Part shown: one piece after another, positions 1-9,030 of the stretch
Position numbering within the stretch: the stretch's first letter is position 1
How the letters are laid out: each line of letters opens with the position of its first letter
Assembly: GCA_018896525.1 (NCBI GenBank)
Contig: JAHIMR010000011.1
Span: 68-64,067, forward strand
Source: Actinomycetota bacterium
GTDB lineage: Bacteria > Actinomycetota > Geothermincolia > Fen-727 > Anoxymicrobiaceae
Reading direction: 5' to 3'
Length of the DNA: 64,000 bases
Program-made: the position numbers and the translations under genes
Notes under the pieces: generated by a model
Database searches by the model: none
Seen by the model: only the letters and a program-made list of their open reading frames with translations
Told to the model about the DNA's origin: nothing

Positions 1-100
1 CGCCTGTGGAGAGGGAAGGGCTCAAGCAACCTCGATGAAGCAGGAAAAGTTCCCTTCTCCAAAGTAGGGAAGCCATGTTCTTAAGGGCATGGTAGTTCAC
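1..100 (+). mobile_element. Right end of an IS200/IS605-family (tnpB) element: tnpB 3' tail, omega-RNA scaffold region and subterminal hairpin ending in TTCAC
   Basis: 2..67 reads ACGEGRAQATSMKQEKFPSPK*, matching the ACG...S.KQE tail typical of TnpB. Hairpin CCATGTTC-TTAA-GGGCATGG (73-92) is followed by TAGTTCAC (to 100). The rhuM-like reading frame turns into an unrelated tail at 100/101. Confidence 0.8.
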
Positions 101-935
101 CGAGGAACCCTTCCCAATCGCGCATGCGGATATTTTGCCGCCGCTGGGCACGGAACTCGGCCTGGTCGAGAAACATCACGGTGATCCGGTTGAGCGTGTC
201 AATCTCCTTGGCGTTAAGATAGTTCTTCGCTGTTCCCACGTCGCGCTTGAGCACCCGGCCACCCTTCCACGACGTAAGTCCCATGTTGGCCCTGCCCGCG
301 TCGGCGCGCCGGCGGACGATCTCCGCCGCTGTCATGCCCGCAGCGGCGTAGTGCATCTTGTTCTGCATGGTGGCAAAGAAGACCTGCGTTTCTTCTTCCC
401 CCTCCCGGTAGTCGCGGGCCAGCGCGAATATCTCACGTATCCGCTGGTAGACGCGCGCTTCACTGGCGCGAATCTCACGGATGCGGGCAAGCAGTTCGTC
501 GAAGTAATCCACCAAACCGCTGCCGCCCTTGAGCCGCTCGTCATCCAGCACGAAACCCTTGACGATGTACTCGCGCAGGCGGGCCGTGGCCCACTGGCGG
601 AACCGGGTGGCAACGGCGGACTTGACCCGATAGCCGACCGCGATGATCATGTCCAGGCTGTAGAAATCAACGAGGCGGCGAACCTGTCTTGTTCCTTCAA
701 CTTGAACTATCCGGAATTTCCGGATAGTTGATTCCGGCTCCAGTTCGCTTTCTTCATAGACGTTCTTGATGTGTTCGTTGATTGTTCGAACATCCTTTTC
801 GAACAACTCCGACATCAGCTTCTGCGTCAGCCAGACGGTTTCGTCCTGAAGCCGCACTTCAAGCCGGGTCTCGCCGGAATCGGACTGATAAATCATTATC
901 TTGGAATCGTCCGGGACGGGCAGGTTTTCCGTCAT
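81..935 (-). pseudogene. rhuM: RhuM-family protein, C-terminus interrupted by the IS605-type insertion
   Basis: Contains ETVWLTQKLMSELF, YSLDMIIAVGYRVKSAVATRFRQWAT, YFDELLARIREIRASE and FFATMQNKMHYA. The last residues GELPCP* are read from IS DNA. Overlaps the hsdM stop (ATGA). Confidence 0.8.
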
Positions 936-2944
936 TCCGTAACCTCCGCAAGCATGTCCGCGATTTCCTTCTCGATCTGCTTGAGATCCGCTTCGATCTC
1001 CTCCAGCGGGCGCGGCGGCGTGTACTTGTAGAAGTAACGGTTAAAGTTGATCTCGTAGCCCACCTTTGTCTTGGACTGGTCAATCCAGGCGTCCGGCACG
1101 TGCGGCAGCACCTCGCGCTCCATGTACTCTCCCACGTCTTCCCCCAGCGGCACGTTCTCGTGATCCCGTAGTTCCGGGTCGGGCTCCGGGTTATTCCTGG
1201 TATCCGTGCATATGTCCGCCATCTCGTCCCGCTCGGAAAGCGCCGTGATAATCGCCTTGAAGAGCGAAGCGGGCACCCTGATGCCCGCGTCCTCTAACGC
1301 CGCCGTTACTACGGTCCTGAATGCGTCGCGGTTCTTCGCGACAACCAGGTCCGACAGTGTCGCCAGCGCTCTCAGGATGGACTGCTGCAGACGCTTGCCG
1401 GCCGCGATCTCCGCCTCGGCCGCCTCCGTGCCTTTCCGTTTCTTGCTGGTAGCCAGATTGATAAACGGCTTTGTTTCCTTCACGCGCGCAAGGCGTTGCT
1501 TCCTTACGGCGAAGTTCAACCTCAGGGGGCGCTCCACGGTGATCCGCCGGTAGCCGAAATCGGCGTTGTCGAAGACGCGTACGAACTCACACTCCTCGAA
1601 ATCACCGTACAGGCGGGTTATCTCGCCCCGCTGGTCTTCACCGATCTCGTTGCGCTTGTTCCCGAGGCTCTTTCGCATCTTCTTGAAGAAGCCCGTGGCG
1701 TCCACCAGTTGAATCTTGCCCCGGCGCCACGGCTCCTTGCGGTTTGTGACGATCCAGAGATAGGTGTAGATGCCGGTGTTGTAGAAAAGCTGGTCCGGCA
1801 GGGCCACGATTGCCTCCAGCCAGTCGTTCTCGATAATCCAGCGGCGTATCTCACTTTCACCGGAACCGGCTGCTCCAGTGAAGAGGGGCGAGCCGTTGAA
1901 GACGATGGCAAGGCGAGTTCCGCTCTCCTCCGGGTCCTTCATCTTGCTTATCATGTGCTGGAGGAAAAGAAACGACCCATCGTTGATGCGCGGCAATCCG
2001 GCCCCGAAACGCCCCCCGAACCCCTGCTCCTGGTGTTCCCTCTTGATGAAATCCACCTCCGGCTTCCACTCCACACCGAATGGCGGATTCGCCAGCATGT
2101 AGTCGAAGTTCTTTCGCGTGAAGTGGTCCTCGGTGAAGCTGTCCCCGAAGGCGATGTGGTCGATGTTCTGGCCCTTGATCATCATGTCCGACCCGCAGAT
2201 GGCGTAAGCCTGGGGGTTGTAGTCCTGGCCGAAGGCCTCGAGCCGTGCGTCAGGGTTGAGTTCGCGAACGTACTCCTCGGCAACCGAGAGCATCCCGCCC
2301 GTTCCGCAGGCGGGGTCGAAGAGCGTCTTCACAATGCCCCTGGTGGTGAGCATGTCATCGTCCGGGAGAAAGATGAGGTTCACCATCAGGCGGATGACCT
2401 CGCGAGGCGTGAAGTGGTCGCCCGCCTCCTCGTTGCTGGCCTCGTTGAAACGCCTGATAAGCTCCTCGAAGATGTAACCCATCTCGATGTTGGGCACCAC
2501 GTCGGGATGCAGGTCGATCTCGCAAAACTTGGAAACCACGAGATACAGGCGGTCGGCCTTGTCGAGGCTTGCAATGTGCTCCTCGAAGCCGAACTGCTCG
2601 ATGATCTCGCGGGCGCGGCTGGAGAAGCCCTTGATGTAGTTGGTCAGGTTGGCGGCGATGTTATCCGGGTCGCCCTTCAGCTTCTCGAACGTGAAGCGAC
2701 TGGTGTTGTGAAACGCCTGCCCGGCCACCTTGTTGAGTATCGGCTCCAGGTTCTTGACCTTGCCGCCTTTCATGCTTTTCAACTTTGCCAGGACTTTGTC
2801 CTTGGTTGGCTCCAGGACGCAGTCAAGGCGGCGCAGGACGGTCATGGGGAGCATGACATCCTTGTACTGGTTGGGCCGGTACGGCCCGCGCAGGAGGTCA
2901 GCGACCGACCAGATGAAACTGGCTTTATCCCCGAACTTGTCCAC
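932..2944 (-). CDS. hsdM: Type I restriction-modification methyltransferase subunit M
   Basis: FIWSVADLLRG N-terminus, GDHFTPREVI, DPACGTGG (SAM binding), ANPPF (N6-adenine), C-terminal KVGYEINFNRYFY. Start placed at GTG 2944 behind a GAGGAG RBS. Confidence 0.93.
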   Translation of the reverse strand: MDKFGDKASFIWSVADLLRGPYRPNQYKDVMLPMTVLRRLDCVLEPTKDKVLAKLKSMKGGKVKNLEPILNKVAGQAFHNTSRFTFEKLKGDPDNIAANLTNYIKGFSSRAREIIEQFGFEEHIASLDKADRLYLVVSKFCEIDLHPDVVPNIEMGYIFEELIRRFNEASNEEAGDHFTPREVIRLMVNLIFLPDDDMLTTRGIVKTLFDPACGTGGMLSVAEEYVRELNPDARLEAFGQDYNPQAYAICGSDMMIKGQNIDHIAFGDSFTEDHFTRKNFDYMLANPPFGVEWKPEVDFIKREHQEQGFGGRFGAGLPRINDGSFLFLQHMISKMKDPEESGTRLAIVFNGSPLFTGAAGSGESEIRRWIIENDWLEAIVALPDQLFYNTGIYTYLWIVTNRKEPWRRGKIQLVDATGFFKKMRKSLGNKRNEIGEDQRGEITRLYGDFEECEFVRVFDNADFGYRRITVERPLRLNFAVRKQRLARVKETKPFINLATSKKRKGTEAAEAEIAAGKRLQQSILRALATLSDLVVAKNRDAFRTVVTAALEDAGIRVPASLFKAIITALSERDEMADICTDTRNNPEPDPELRDHENVPLGEDVGEYMEREVLPHVPDAWIDQSKTKVGYEINFNRYFYKYTPPRPLEEIEADLKQIEKEIADMLAEVTE

Positions 2945-3015
2945 GGCTGCTCCTCTTTTCTCCCTGCTTCTTCCTTCGATGCCTCTTCCTTCAGTCATAT
3001 GATGAAATGACTCGG

Positions 3016-3360
3016 TTACTTCTCGGTGGGAACGAGTGTGTTCATCTGTGAGCGCAGACAGCCGATCACGGTCTTGAAGGAAGTCCGGGTACAAGCGGGC
3101 CAAGCCACTGATTCCAGGTCTTCTCGATGTAGGCGAGCATGGTTTCGTCAAAGAAATCATCCGGTACCTGAAACGTCACGTTACGGATGGCACACTTCTC
3201 GCGCAGGAAGGACGCGAAGTCGGAGAGGTCCACCTGCTCCTTGTAGGCTCCCAGCACGCGCCAGAGGTCATAGTAATCGCGCGCACGGGACCTGCTCCAA
3301 CCGCGCTCCTGGAGTTTCTCGACGTACTGAAGGATGGCCCGGAGTTTCTCCGCAACCAGC
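3016..3360 (-). pseudogene. C-terminal fragment of an AbiEii-like nucleotidyltransferase
   Basis: LVAEKLRAIL...SRARDYYDLW motif. The N-terminal nucleotidyltransferase core is absent. A frameshift near 3078 precedes FKTVIGCLRSQMNTLVPTEK*. Confidence 0.7.
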
Positions 3361-3549
3361 CTTCTAACCAGTTCCATCCCTGACCCCGTATGGACTAGAT
3401 TCTCTCTGGACATTGTTTGTTCCCAACGAATAACCGCACTATTTCTTCTGTGGACCATCACGATAGAAATACTACGGCAATTCTCCATGCTTTTCAAACA
3501 ACGGGACAATCGTAACCACTTCGGCGGGAAGACCACCAAGCTTGCCGTC

Positions 3550-4195
3550 TCAACCAGTTAGCTCCGCCTTCCGGAACCTCTCCACAAGGGTAGTCTTCCT
3601 CGTGTGCTCGCTGTACAGGGTGTTCATTCCCAGCAAGAACTCTGATCTCCTACCTTGCATGTCGGCGAGATCATGGAGGTCCTGGAGAAGGGATACCGCC
3701 TCGTCGTACCGTTTGGGTTGCCGCGTGGCGATGAGCTGATCGACCTCGGCCCATATACCGGCCTCCTTTCCGACAAGCGACTCGAGGTGCTTCTTCCGTT
3801 TGGCGGCGCGCTCTCGTTCGCGCCTGGCCTTCTCCCGCGGCCCATTCGCAGTCTTCTTCCTCGGAGTGAAACGAGAGGATGAGATGGTCGCCCTTGGTGC
3901 GGCACGACAGGTTGTCTTCGGCACAGTAGGGCGACACGATGTCGGCTTCGAGTAGCCTCGCCGGTACGCGGAGCATGAACCACCGGCTGCCCCTGTTGGC
4001 CAGGTAGAGGAAGGCGTCGAAGTGCTTCTCCATCCACATCTCCGGATCGCCCTTGAAGCTACCCCAGTTGTAGACGTTGACGAAGCTGCTCGGCGTAATC
4101 CGCGCTCGGGACGAGAAGCGCCGCAGCTCGGCCATCTGCTTCTGCGTCAGCGGGCGATCCACGGCATGGAATTCGTAATACTGGTACTCGCTCAT
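3550..4195 (-). pseudogene. Conserved hypothetical protein (MSEYQYYEF...), internally deleted and frameshifted
   Basis: The N-terminal frame (MSEYQYYEFHAVDRPLT...EEEDCEW) joins near 3840 to a different frame carrying a protein-like C-terminus (ARRERERAAKRKKHLESL...YDEAVSLLQDL). Confidence 0.65.
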
Positions 4196-4202
4196 GGAAA
4201 CC

Positions 4203-4544
4203 TCAATTCGAACTCCTGCCTTCGATACCGTCGCCCTGCCGAGCCCGCAGTTTCGCCTCGCGCCTCCGAGCCTTCTTCTCCTCGTCGCGTCGGATTATCT
4301 CCTCGATGGACAAAACGACATCCGGACGTTCCTTGCCGAACCGCTTGAAGTAGAGATGCTCGATGTACTGCTTGAGCGGCATCTTCCACAGCTCGTGGTC
4401 GTGGTTGTCCTTCTTGCCGAGTTTTTTCGGATTCATCCCTAGCTCTCGAGCCATCTGGGCCTGAGCGTGGGAGAGGTGGTGTCACTTACGAGCGTCTATC
4501 CAGGCCTGCATCTTCTGGCTCGGTTTCCTTTCCTTCTTGGCCAT
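4203..4544 (-). pseudogene. Small hypothetical protein with an in-frame TGA at codon 21
   Basis: Reads MAKKERKPSQKMQAWIDARK*HHLSHAQAQMARELGMNPKKLG.... TGA is at 4482-4484, probably from CGA. GAGG RBS upstream of ATG 4544. Confidence 0.65.
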
Positions 4545-4659
4545 TCGACGCACCTCGTGTGCTATGATCGCCGCGTGACGCGCGGTGCCGCATGTGATCT
4601 TCAGCGGTGCTTGCTCGGCTTATGGCTCCTTCTTGGAGCCTGGCAGTACTCTCTCGGTG

Positions 4660-4790
4660 GAAGTACTCATTGTCATCTTTTTCATCTTGACCTTCATATT
4701 CCCTCAGCCATGGCCAGCGCTTCGAAGGCCGCCTCGACTATGTCCTCGTCGTCAGAGTCGGTAAGATCGCCGAGGTTCTCCAAGTCCATC
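4660..4790 (-). pseudogene. Acidic C-terminal gene fragment (HEAT-repeat-like)
   Basis: Reads MDLENLGDLTDSDDEDIVEAAFEALAMAEG followed by a frameshifted acidic tail. No upstream gene body. Confidence 0.35.
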
Positions 4791-4963
4791 CTACTGCCTT
4801 CTGAACAACTACGCCGATATGATTCTCGGCGTCGTTTGCGTTTCTTGCGTTTCTTTTACTTTCGCTTCGGGCGATCCCCTGCTAACCTCGTATCACTGCC
4901 TTTCGGGGTCGCGGTTTCGTCTCGAGCTGATTGGCCCTGATGCACCGATGATGTTGTGGGCAC

Positions 4964-5419
4964 CTAATTGCCATCGCCGGCCGCGGGTGGGAGCGGCAGC
5001 GGTTCCTCCACGACATCGGCCTCGGAGCTATCCTGGTGAATGACCTGGGAAACAACACGGTCGGTCACCTCGGACAGGTATGTCCGCAGCGTCTCGGAGA
5101 TTTCCTGGAACTCGGGCCACAGCGTCTCATCGACGAACCTCTTCGATAATCTCGCCATCACCGTAGTGTAACGCTGGCCCCTATACCGATAAGGCCTGAT
5201 CCCGTAGCGGCGAAGCATGGCAACGAACACTTTGCGCGACCACATGTCATCCATGGCGAACCTGTACTCGACCGGCGGATCCTCCCGCTCATATGATCTC
5301 AACCGCTCCAGGATTCGCTGCTTGGCCCTCTCGGCCGCTACCTTTTCGCCCTCGGTCGCCGCGCCGGCGAAGAGCGCCTCGATGAGGCGGAGCTTTTCTA
5401 TAAGCTTGGCTTCGTCCAT
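4964..5419 (-). CDS. Conserved hypothetical protein
   Basis: Protein-like ORF (LIEKLRLIEALFAGAATEGEK...LLRRYG-like MLRRYGIRPYRYRGQRYTTVM) with GAGG RBS. It is the only intact gene between hsdM and the att copy. Confidence 0.75.
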   Translation of the reverse strand: MDEAKLIEKLRLIEALFAGAATEGEKVAAERAKQRILERLRSYEREDPPVEYRFAMDDMWSRKVFVAMLRRYGIRPYRYRGQRYTTVMARLSKRFVDETLWPEFQEISETLRTYLSEVTDRVVSQVIHQDSSEADVVEEPLPLPPAAGDGN

Positions 5420-5452
5420 CAGCATCGTACCTCGGTCCGCACGAGAAAAGCT

Positions 5453-5645
5453 TCACCATTCGTCTCGATGATCTTCACAGGCTTTCCCTGCCTTGACGTC
5501 CGTGAACAGGAACCGCACACCCTGGTTGTCCGTGGGGTTGAGCCAGAGCATCCGGTTGAAGACGCGCTCGGCCTCGTCGAAGCGCCCCAGTCGCCAGAGG
5601 CACAACCCGTAGCCGTGCATGCAGCGCGGAAACGGGCGGTACTGC
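5453..5645 (-). pseudogene. C-terminal fragment of a TPR-like protein, truncated at the att site
   Basis: RPFPRCMHGYGLCLWRLGRFDEAERVFNRMLWLNPTDNQGVRFL begins a few bases from the att copy. Confidence 0.6.
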
Positions 5646-5648
5646 TTC

Positions 5649-5671
5649 TGGCTCCCCGGGTAGGATTCGAA
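5649..5671 (-). repeat. att site: 23-bp duplicate of the tRNA-Asn 3' end
   Basis: TGGCTCCCCGGGTAGGATTCGAA is identical to 8631-8653. Confidence 0.92.
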
Positions 5672-5706
5672 GATGCACGGGTAGGTCGTATTCCTACAAC
5701 GGCCCC

Positions 5707-5814
5707 TACCAGACTGTACCATCTCATCCCAAATAGTGCCATTTCTTCCCTAGATAAAGGCATTCGTGAAGGTTCACCGTCCTATCACGTACCAGCGAAT
5801 ACCATCTGATACCA
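5707..5814 (+). repeat. 10-bp-phased TACCA direct repeats in the att arm
   Basis: TACCA at 5707, 5717 (TCCCA at 5727) and at 5790, 5800, 5810 (TCCTA at 5780). Confidence 0.6.
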
Positions 5815-6326
5815 ACTCGAATGTTTGCAGAAATGTTAGCAAATTAGCAGGGTGCCCAGTTAGATTTCGAATATTTGCATGGTCACTATATCACCTTTTC
5901 AAATGCTCTACCTTGTTTCCAGACCTATAGTACTTCAGAAAACATCCAGGCATGACGAATCTACGCACAGGGATTAGGAATACTATTCATGCATGTTTCT
6001 CCTCGTGCAGGGTGGTGCTGCATGGTTCGCGGTGGGTGGCCGTGGTTTCGCCTGGTTATGGGGATCGTTAGTGCTTGTTGGTTGCTTATGGTTGCTCGTG
6101 GGTTCCCTCGGGTTCTGGTCGTTGCTGATGGGTAGGTCCACATTTAATCCAAATGGGATTGCGACATATGGCTCAGTTGTCACTGACTCGTTTACCGTAG
6201 GGAGTCTCATTTCAGCGATCTGACTGTAACCGTTATTCTTTGCGGCTGTTCATTTGTAATCATTTTTCTGCCACATAATCGTTTTTCTTGTGAGTGATGG
6301 CCTGTGGCCGGCCGTAAACATATTTC

Positions 6327-6354
6327 TTGACATTGTACTATATATAACTATATT
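6327..6354 (+). promoter_or_regulatory. Sigma70-type promoter of the fic gene
   Basis: TTGACA-16 nt-TATATT in AT-rich DNA about 35 nt upstream of the start. Confidence 0.6.
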
Positions 6355-6387
6355 GTTTGTATTGTAACTGTTTTTCTGGAGGATGGC

Positions 6388-7896
6388 ATGGATGAAAACG
6401 ATCAGGATAAACCGACACACAGGCTCGCAGGATATGCTGCACTTATCGATCGGTACGATCTCGACGTTATCCCGAACTGCCACAGGTCCTTTATCACGAC
6501 TAGTGGAGTCCACCGGATTCACTCGACCGGGGGCGCGATCGAGGAGGTCTACTCGCCCCCATACTGGCCGGGGGATACGCTGGGCGACCATCTTGAATTC
6601 GCGCTCAAGTATGATGGTACGAATCTCGCAATACTCGCCAGCCTGTTTCCGGAAGTAGCAGAGGAAGGTATTCTCGAATATGTCCGGTCCAAACCGCTCG
6701 GCAAGTACGCCAGGCGGCTTTGGTTCCTGTACGAGTTCCTGACAGGTAAAACGCTCCCGCTGGATGACGTTAAGTGGGGTACCTACATCGACCTGCTCGA
6801 GCCGGACGAATACTACGTGGTCACACCGGCCCGCCAAGTTCGTCGTCAGCGGATCAACGATAATCTGTTGGGCTGTCGCCGATTCTGCCCGACGGTTCGC
6901 CGCACCGATACCCTTCGCGACTTCGAAACGGTCGACCTTCCCAAGCGGTGCCGTCAAATCGTGTCTGCCTATTCCCCGGAGTTGCTGAAGCGGGCACTCG
7001 GCTACCTCTACACCAAGGAGACGAGATCGTCCTTCGAGATCGAACACATCAAGCCCACCTCGACCCGGACCGAGCGCTTCGTGACGCTGCTTCAACTGGC
7101 TGAGCAAGAGGACTTTTGTGAAAAAACGCAATTGATCGAGCTTCAGAATCGCGTTGTTGATCCACGGTTTCGCGATTCCGACTACCGATTGAGCCAGAAT
7201 TATGTCGGCGAGACAATCGCCTGGCAGAAAGAAAAGATACACTTCGCATGTCCGAAGCCTGAAGATCTGCCCGACCTGATGGAAGGCCTGGTAACCGCCC
7301 ACAAGCGCATGGACGCAGGAAACGTATCCGCCGTGATTCACGCCGCCGCCATCGCCTATGGATTCGTTTTTCTGCACCCATTCGAGGACGGCAATGGTCG
7401 AATCCACCGCTTCCTGATCCACAATATTCTTGCCCGACGAAGCTTTACACCCGAAGGAGTCATGTTTCCCGTATCGGCACCCATGCTGAAATACCCTGCC
7501 GACTATGACGCCTCCCTGGAAGCGTTCTCCAGGCATCTTATGGCCTTGGTGGAACACTCGCTCGACGAAGAAGGCCTCATGACAGTTCATAATGATACGG
7601 CCAGGTGGTACCGCTATATCGATATAACGCCTCAGGCGGAGGCACTCTTCCGCTTCATTGACCAGACCATCGACACGGAACTCGCCCGCGAATTGGAGTT
7701 CCTGGCCAGCTACGATGAGACCAAGAGAGCCATCCAGGAGATCGTGGACATGCCCGACCGAAAAATTGATCTGTTCATTCGCTTCTGCCTGCAAAACAAT
7801 GGTCGACTCTCCGCACGGAAGCGCTTAAGCCACTTCGATTTCCTATCGGATGAAGAAATCTCTTTAATGGAACAGGCCGTTCAGGCCGCCTACTGA
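6388..7896 (+). CDS. Fic-domain protein
   Basis: Canonical HPFEDGNGRIHR motif. Upstream SSFEIEH resembles the auto-inhibitory motif. GGAGG RBS. Confidence 0.92.
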   Translation: MDENDQDKPTHRLAGYAALIDRYDLDVIPNCHRSFITTSGVHRIHSTGGAIEEVYSPPYWPGDTLGDHLEFALKYDGTNLAILASLFPEVAEEGILEYVRSKPLGKYARRLWFLYEFLTGKTLPLDDVKWGTYIDLLEPDEYYVVTPARQVRRQRINDNLLGCRRFCPTVRRTDTLRDFETVDLPKRCRQIVSAYSPELLKRALGYLYTKETRSSFEIEHIKPTSTRTERFVTLLQLAEQEDFCEKTQLIELQNRVVDPRFRDSDYRLSQNYVGETIAWQKEKIHFACPKPEDLPDLMEGLVTAHKRMDAGNVSAVIHAAAIAYGFVFLHPFEDGNGRIHRFLIHNILARRSFTPEGVMFPVSAPMLKYPADYDASLEAFSRHLMALVEHSLDEEGLMTVHNDTARWYRYIDITPQAEALFRFIDQTIDTELARELEFLASYDETKRAIQEIVDMPDRKIDLFIRFCLQNNGRLSARKRLSHFDFLSDEEISLMEQAVQAAY

Positions 7897-8069
7897 AGCA
7901 AAACCTCGAACGATCAATAACGCGTACGCGCATGCGATTTCTGCTGCTGCGGCCAGGCGAAGCGGCCAGCTCGTAGATGAATCCGAAGTCCCCTGTGTGG
8001 CAAATGAGGTCCGGTTCCCCACGGGGGGATTAGAGCCGGGGGTCCTTGAAGACGTGTCGCCTGGGGCGG

Positions 8070-8606
8070 TCAGCCGTCAGTGCCGCCCTGACTTGAAACC
8101 ACCTCCAGGCCGGTTATCAGCCAGGGAGCATGCTCATCGCGGCTATCCGCGATCTCCCCTTTCAGTTCATTCGCGTCCACCCACCTGCACTCCGAGACCT
8201 CCTGAAGATCCGGCCGTATCACTCCATCGTACTTCCCGGCAAGAACGAAGCAGATTTCATTCTCGGAGCCTTCATCTTCATACGAGGCTTGATACTGGAA
8301 CCTCCCATGGGTTTCAAGCTCTGTACGAACCCCCAGTTCCTCCTGGAGTCTTTTTTGAGCGGCAGCCACCAGGTCTTCGCCGACAACCGGATGACCGGAA
8401 CAGGAGGTCTCCCAGGTGCAAGGCCACAAGGTCTTGCCCTTGCTCCTCTTCTGAATCAGCACCTGCCCATCCTGATTAAATACAAAGATCGTGAACGCTC
8501 GATGCAGAATCCCTTTTCCGGAGTGGCATCGCGATCTATCCGCCGTTCCGATCTGTTGGTCAAGCTCGTTTACCAGGATTAGTTCCGCCATGCTCTCACC
8601 ATTCAT
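8070..8606 (-). CDS. idi: Isopentenyl-diphosphate delta-isomerase, type 1 (NUDIX fold)
   Basis: ILHRAFTIFVFN, LIQKRS..K, WETSCSGHP, RLQEELG and ENEIC motifs. Confidence 0.9.
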   Translation of the reverse strand: MNGESMAELILVNELDQQIGTADRSRCHSGKGILHRAFTIFVFNQDGQVLIQKRSKGKTLWPCTWETSCSGHPVVGEDLVAAAQKRLQEELGVRTELETHGRFQYQASYEDEGSENEICFVLAGKYDGVIRPDLQEVSECRWVDANELKGEIADSRDEHAPWLITGLEVVSSQGGTDG

Positions 8607-8630
8607 TCCCGGGGATAGTCCTACGGAGTT

Positions 8631-8706
8631 TGGCTCCCCGGGTAGGATTCGAACCTACAACCAAGCGGTTAACAGCCGCCTACTCTACCGATTGAGCTAC
8701 CGGGGA
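8631..8706 (-). tRNA. tRNA-Asn(GTT)
   Basis: TCCCCGGTAGCTCAATCGGTAGAG...GCGGCT-GTT-AACCGC...GGTTCGAATCC...GGGGAGCCA. 76-nt cloverleaf with encoded CCA. Confidence 0.97.
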
Positions 8707-8766
8707 ACGGGTACTTAGCGGCTACACTACACCACATTATAAATAACGTGGGTGTTGCGGGCAACG

Positions 8767-9030
8767 TCACTCTGGTGCGGGCGGACCGGAACCTTCCTGC
8801 CCCGGCAGTTCCTTTCCCATCGCCGCCATGCACTTATCGGCAAAAGGACACCACTCGGCGCAGCCCAGGTCCAGCTTGGGATTCTTGAACTCATAGCCAC
8901 AGTTGGTGCACTTCCTGGTCATATCGTCCTTGAAGAACTCCACCGAGTAGTCGCAGACGGGGCACGGCGTCTCGAAGATGTCCTCCGGCTTCCAGAACAG
9001 CGTGTTTTGACCGGGGCACCTGAACTCCAT
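8767..9030 (-). CDS. Small Cys-rich (zinc-ribbon/Fe-S-like) protein
   Basis: CPG...CPVC...EFFKDD...CTNC...GCAEWCPFADKC. Coupled to the upstream gene by a TAATG overlap. Confidence 0.8.
   Translation of the reverse strand: MEFRCPGQNTLFWKPEDIFETPCPVCDYSVEFFKDDMTRKCTNCGYEFKNPKLDLGCAEWCPFADKCMAAMGKELPGQEGSGPPAPE

Noticed and set aside
1496-3010. Long antisense ORFs (also 6250-7794, 16252-17556, 19477-20982, 22257-23798, 47208-48824, 50781-52118, 56401-57558)
   Set aside because: Shadow frames of well-supported genes in high-GC DNA, with no recognisable motifs.
2945-3160. N-terminal extension of hsdM in the ORF track
   Set aside because: It overlaps the AbiEii remnant. The RBS and family N-terminus point to GTG 2944.
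4482-4484. In-frame TGA as selenocysteine
   Set aside because: The context (ARK*HH) suggests Arg CGA>TGA rather than a Cys position, no SECIS was recognised, and most neighbouring genes are decayed.
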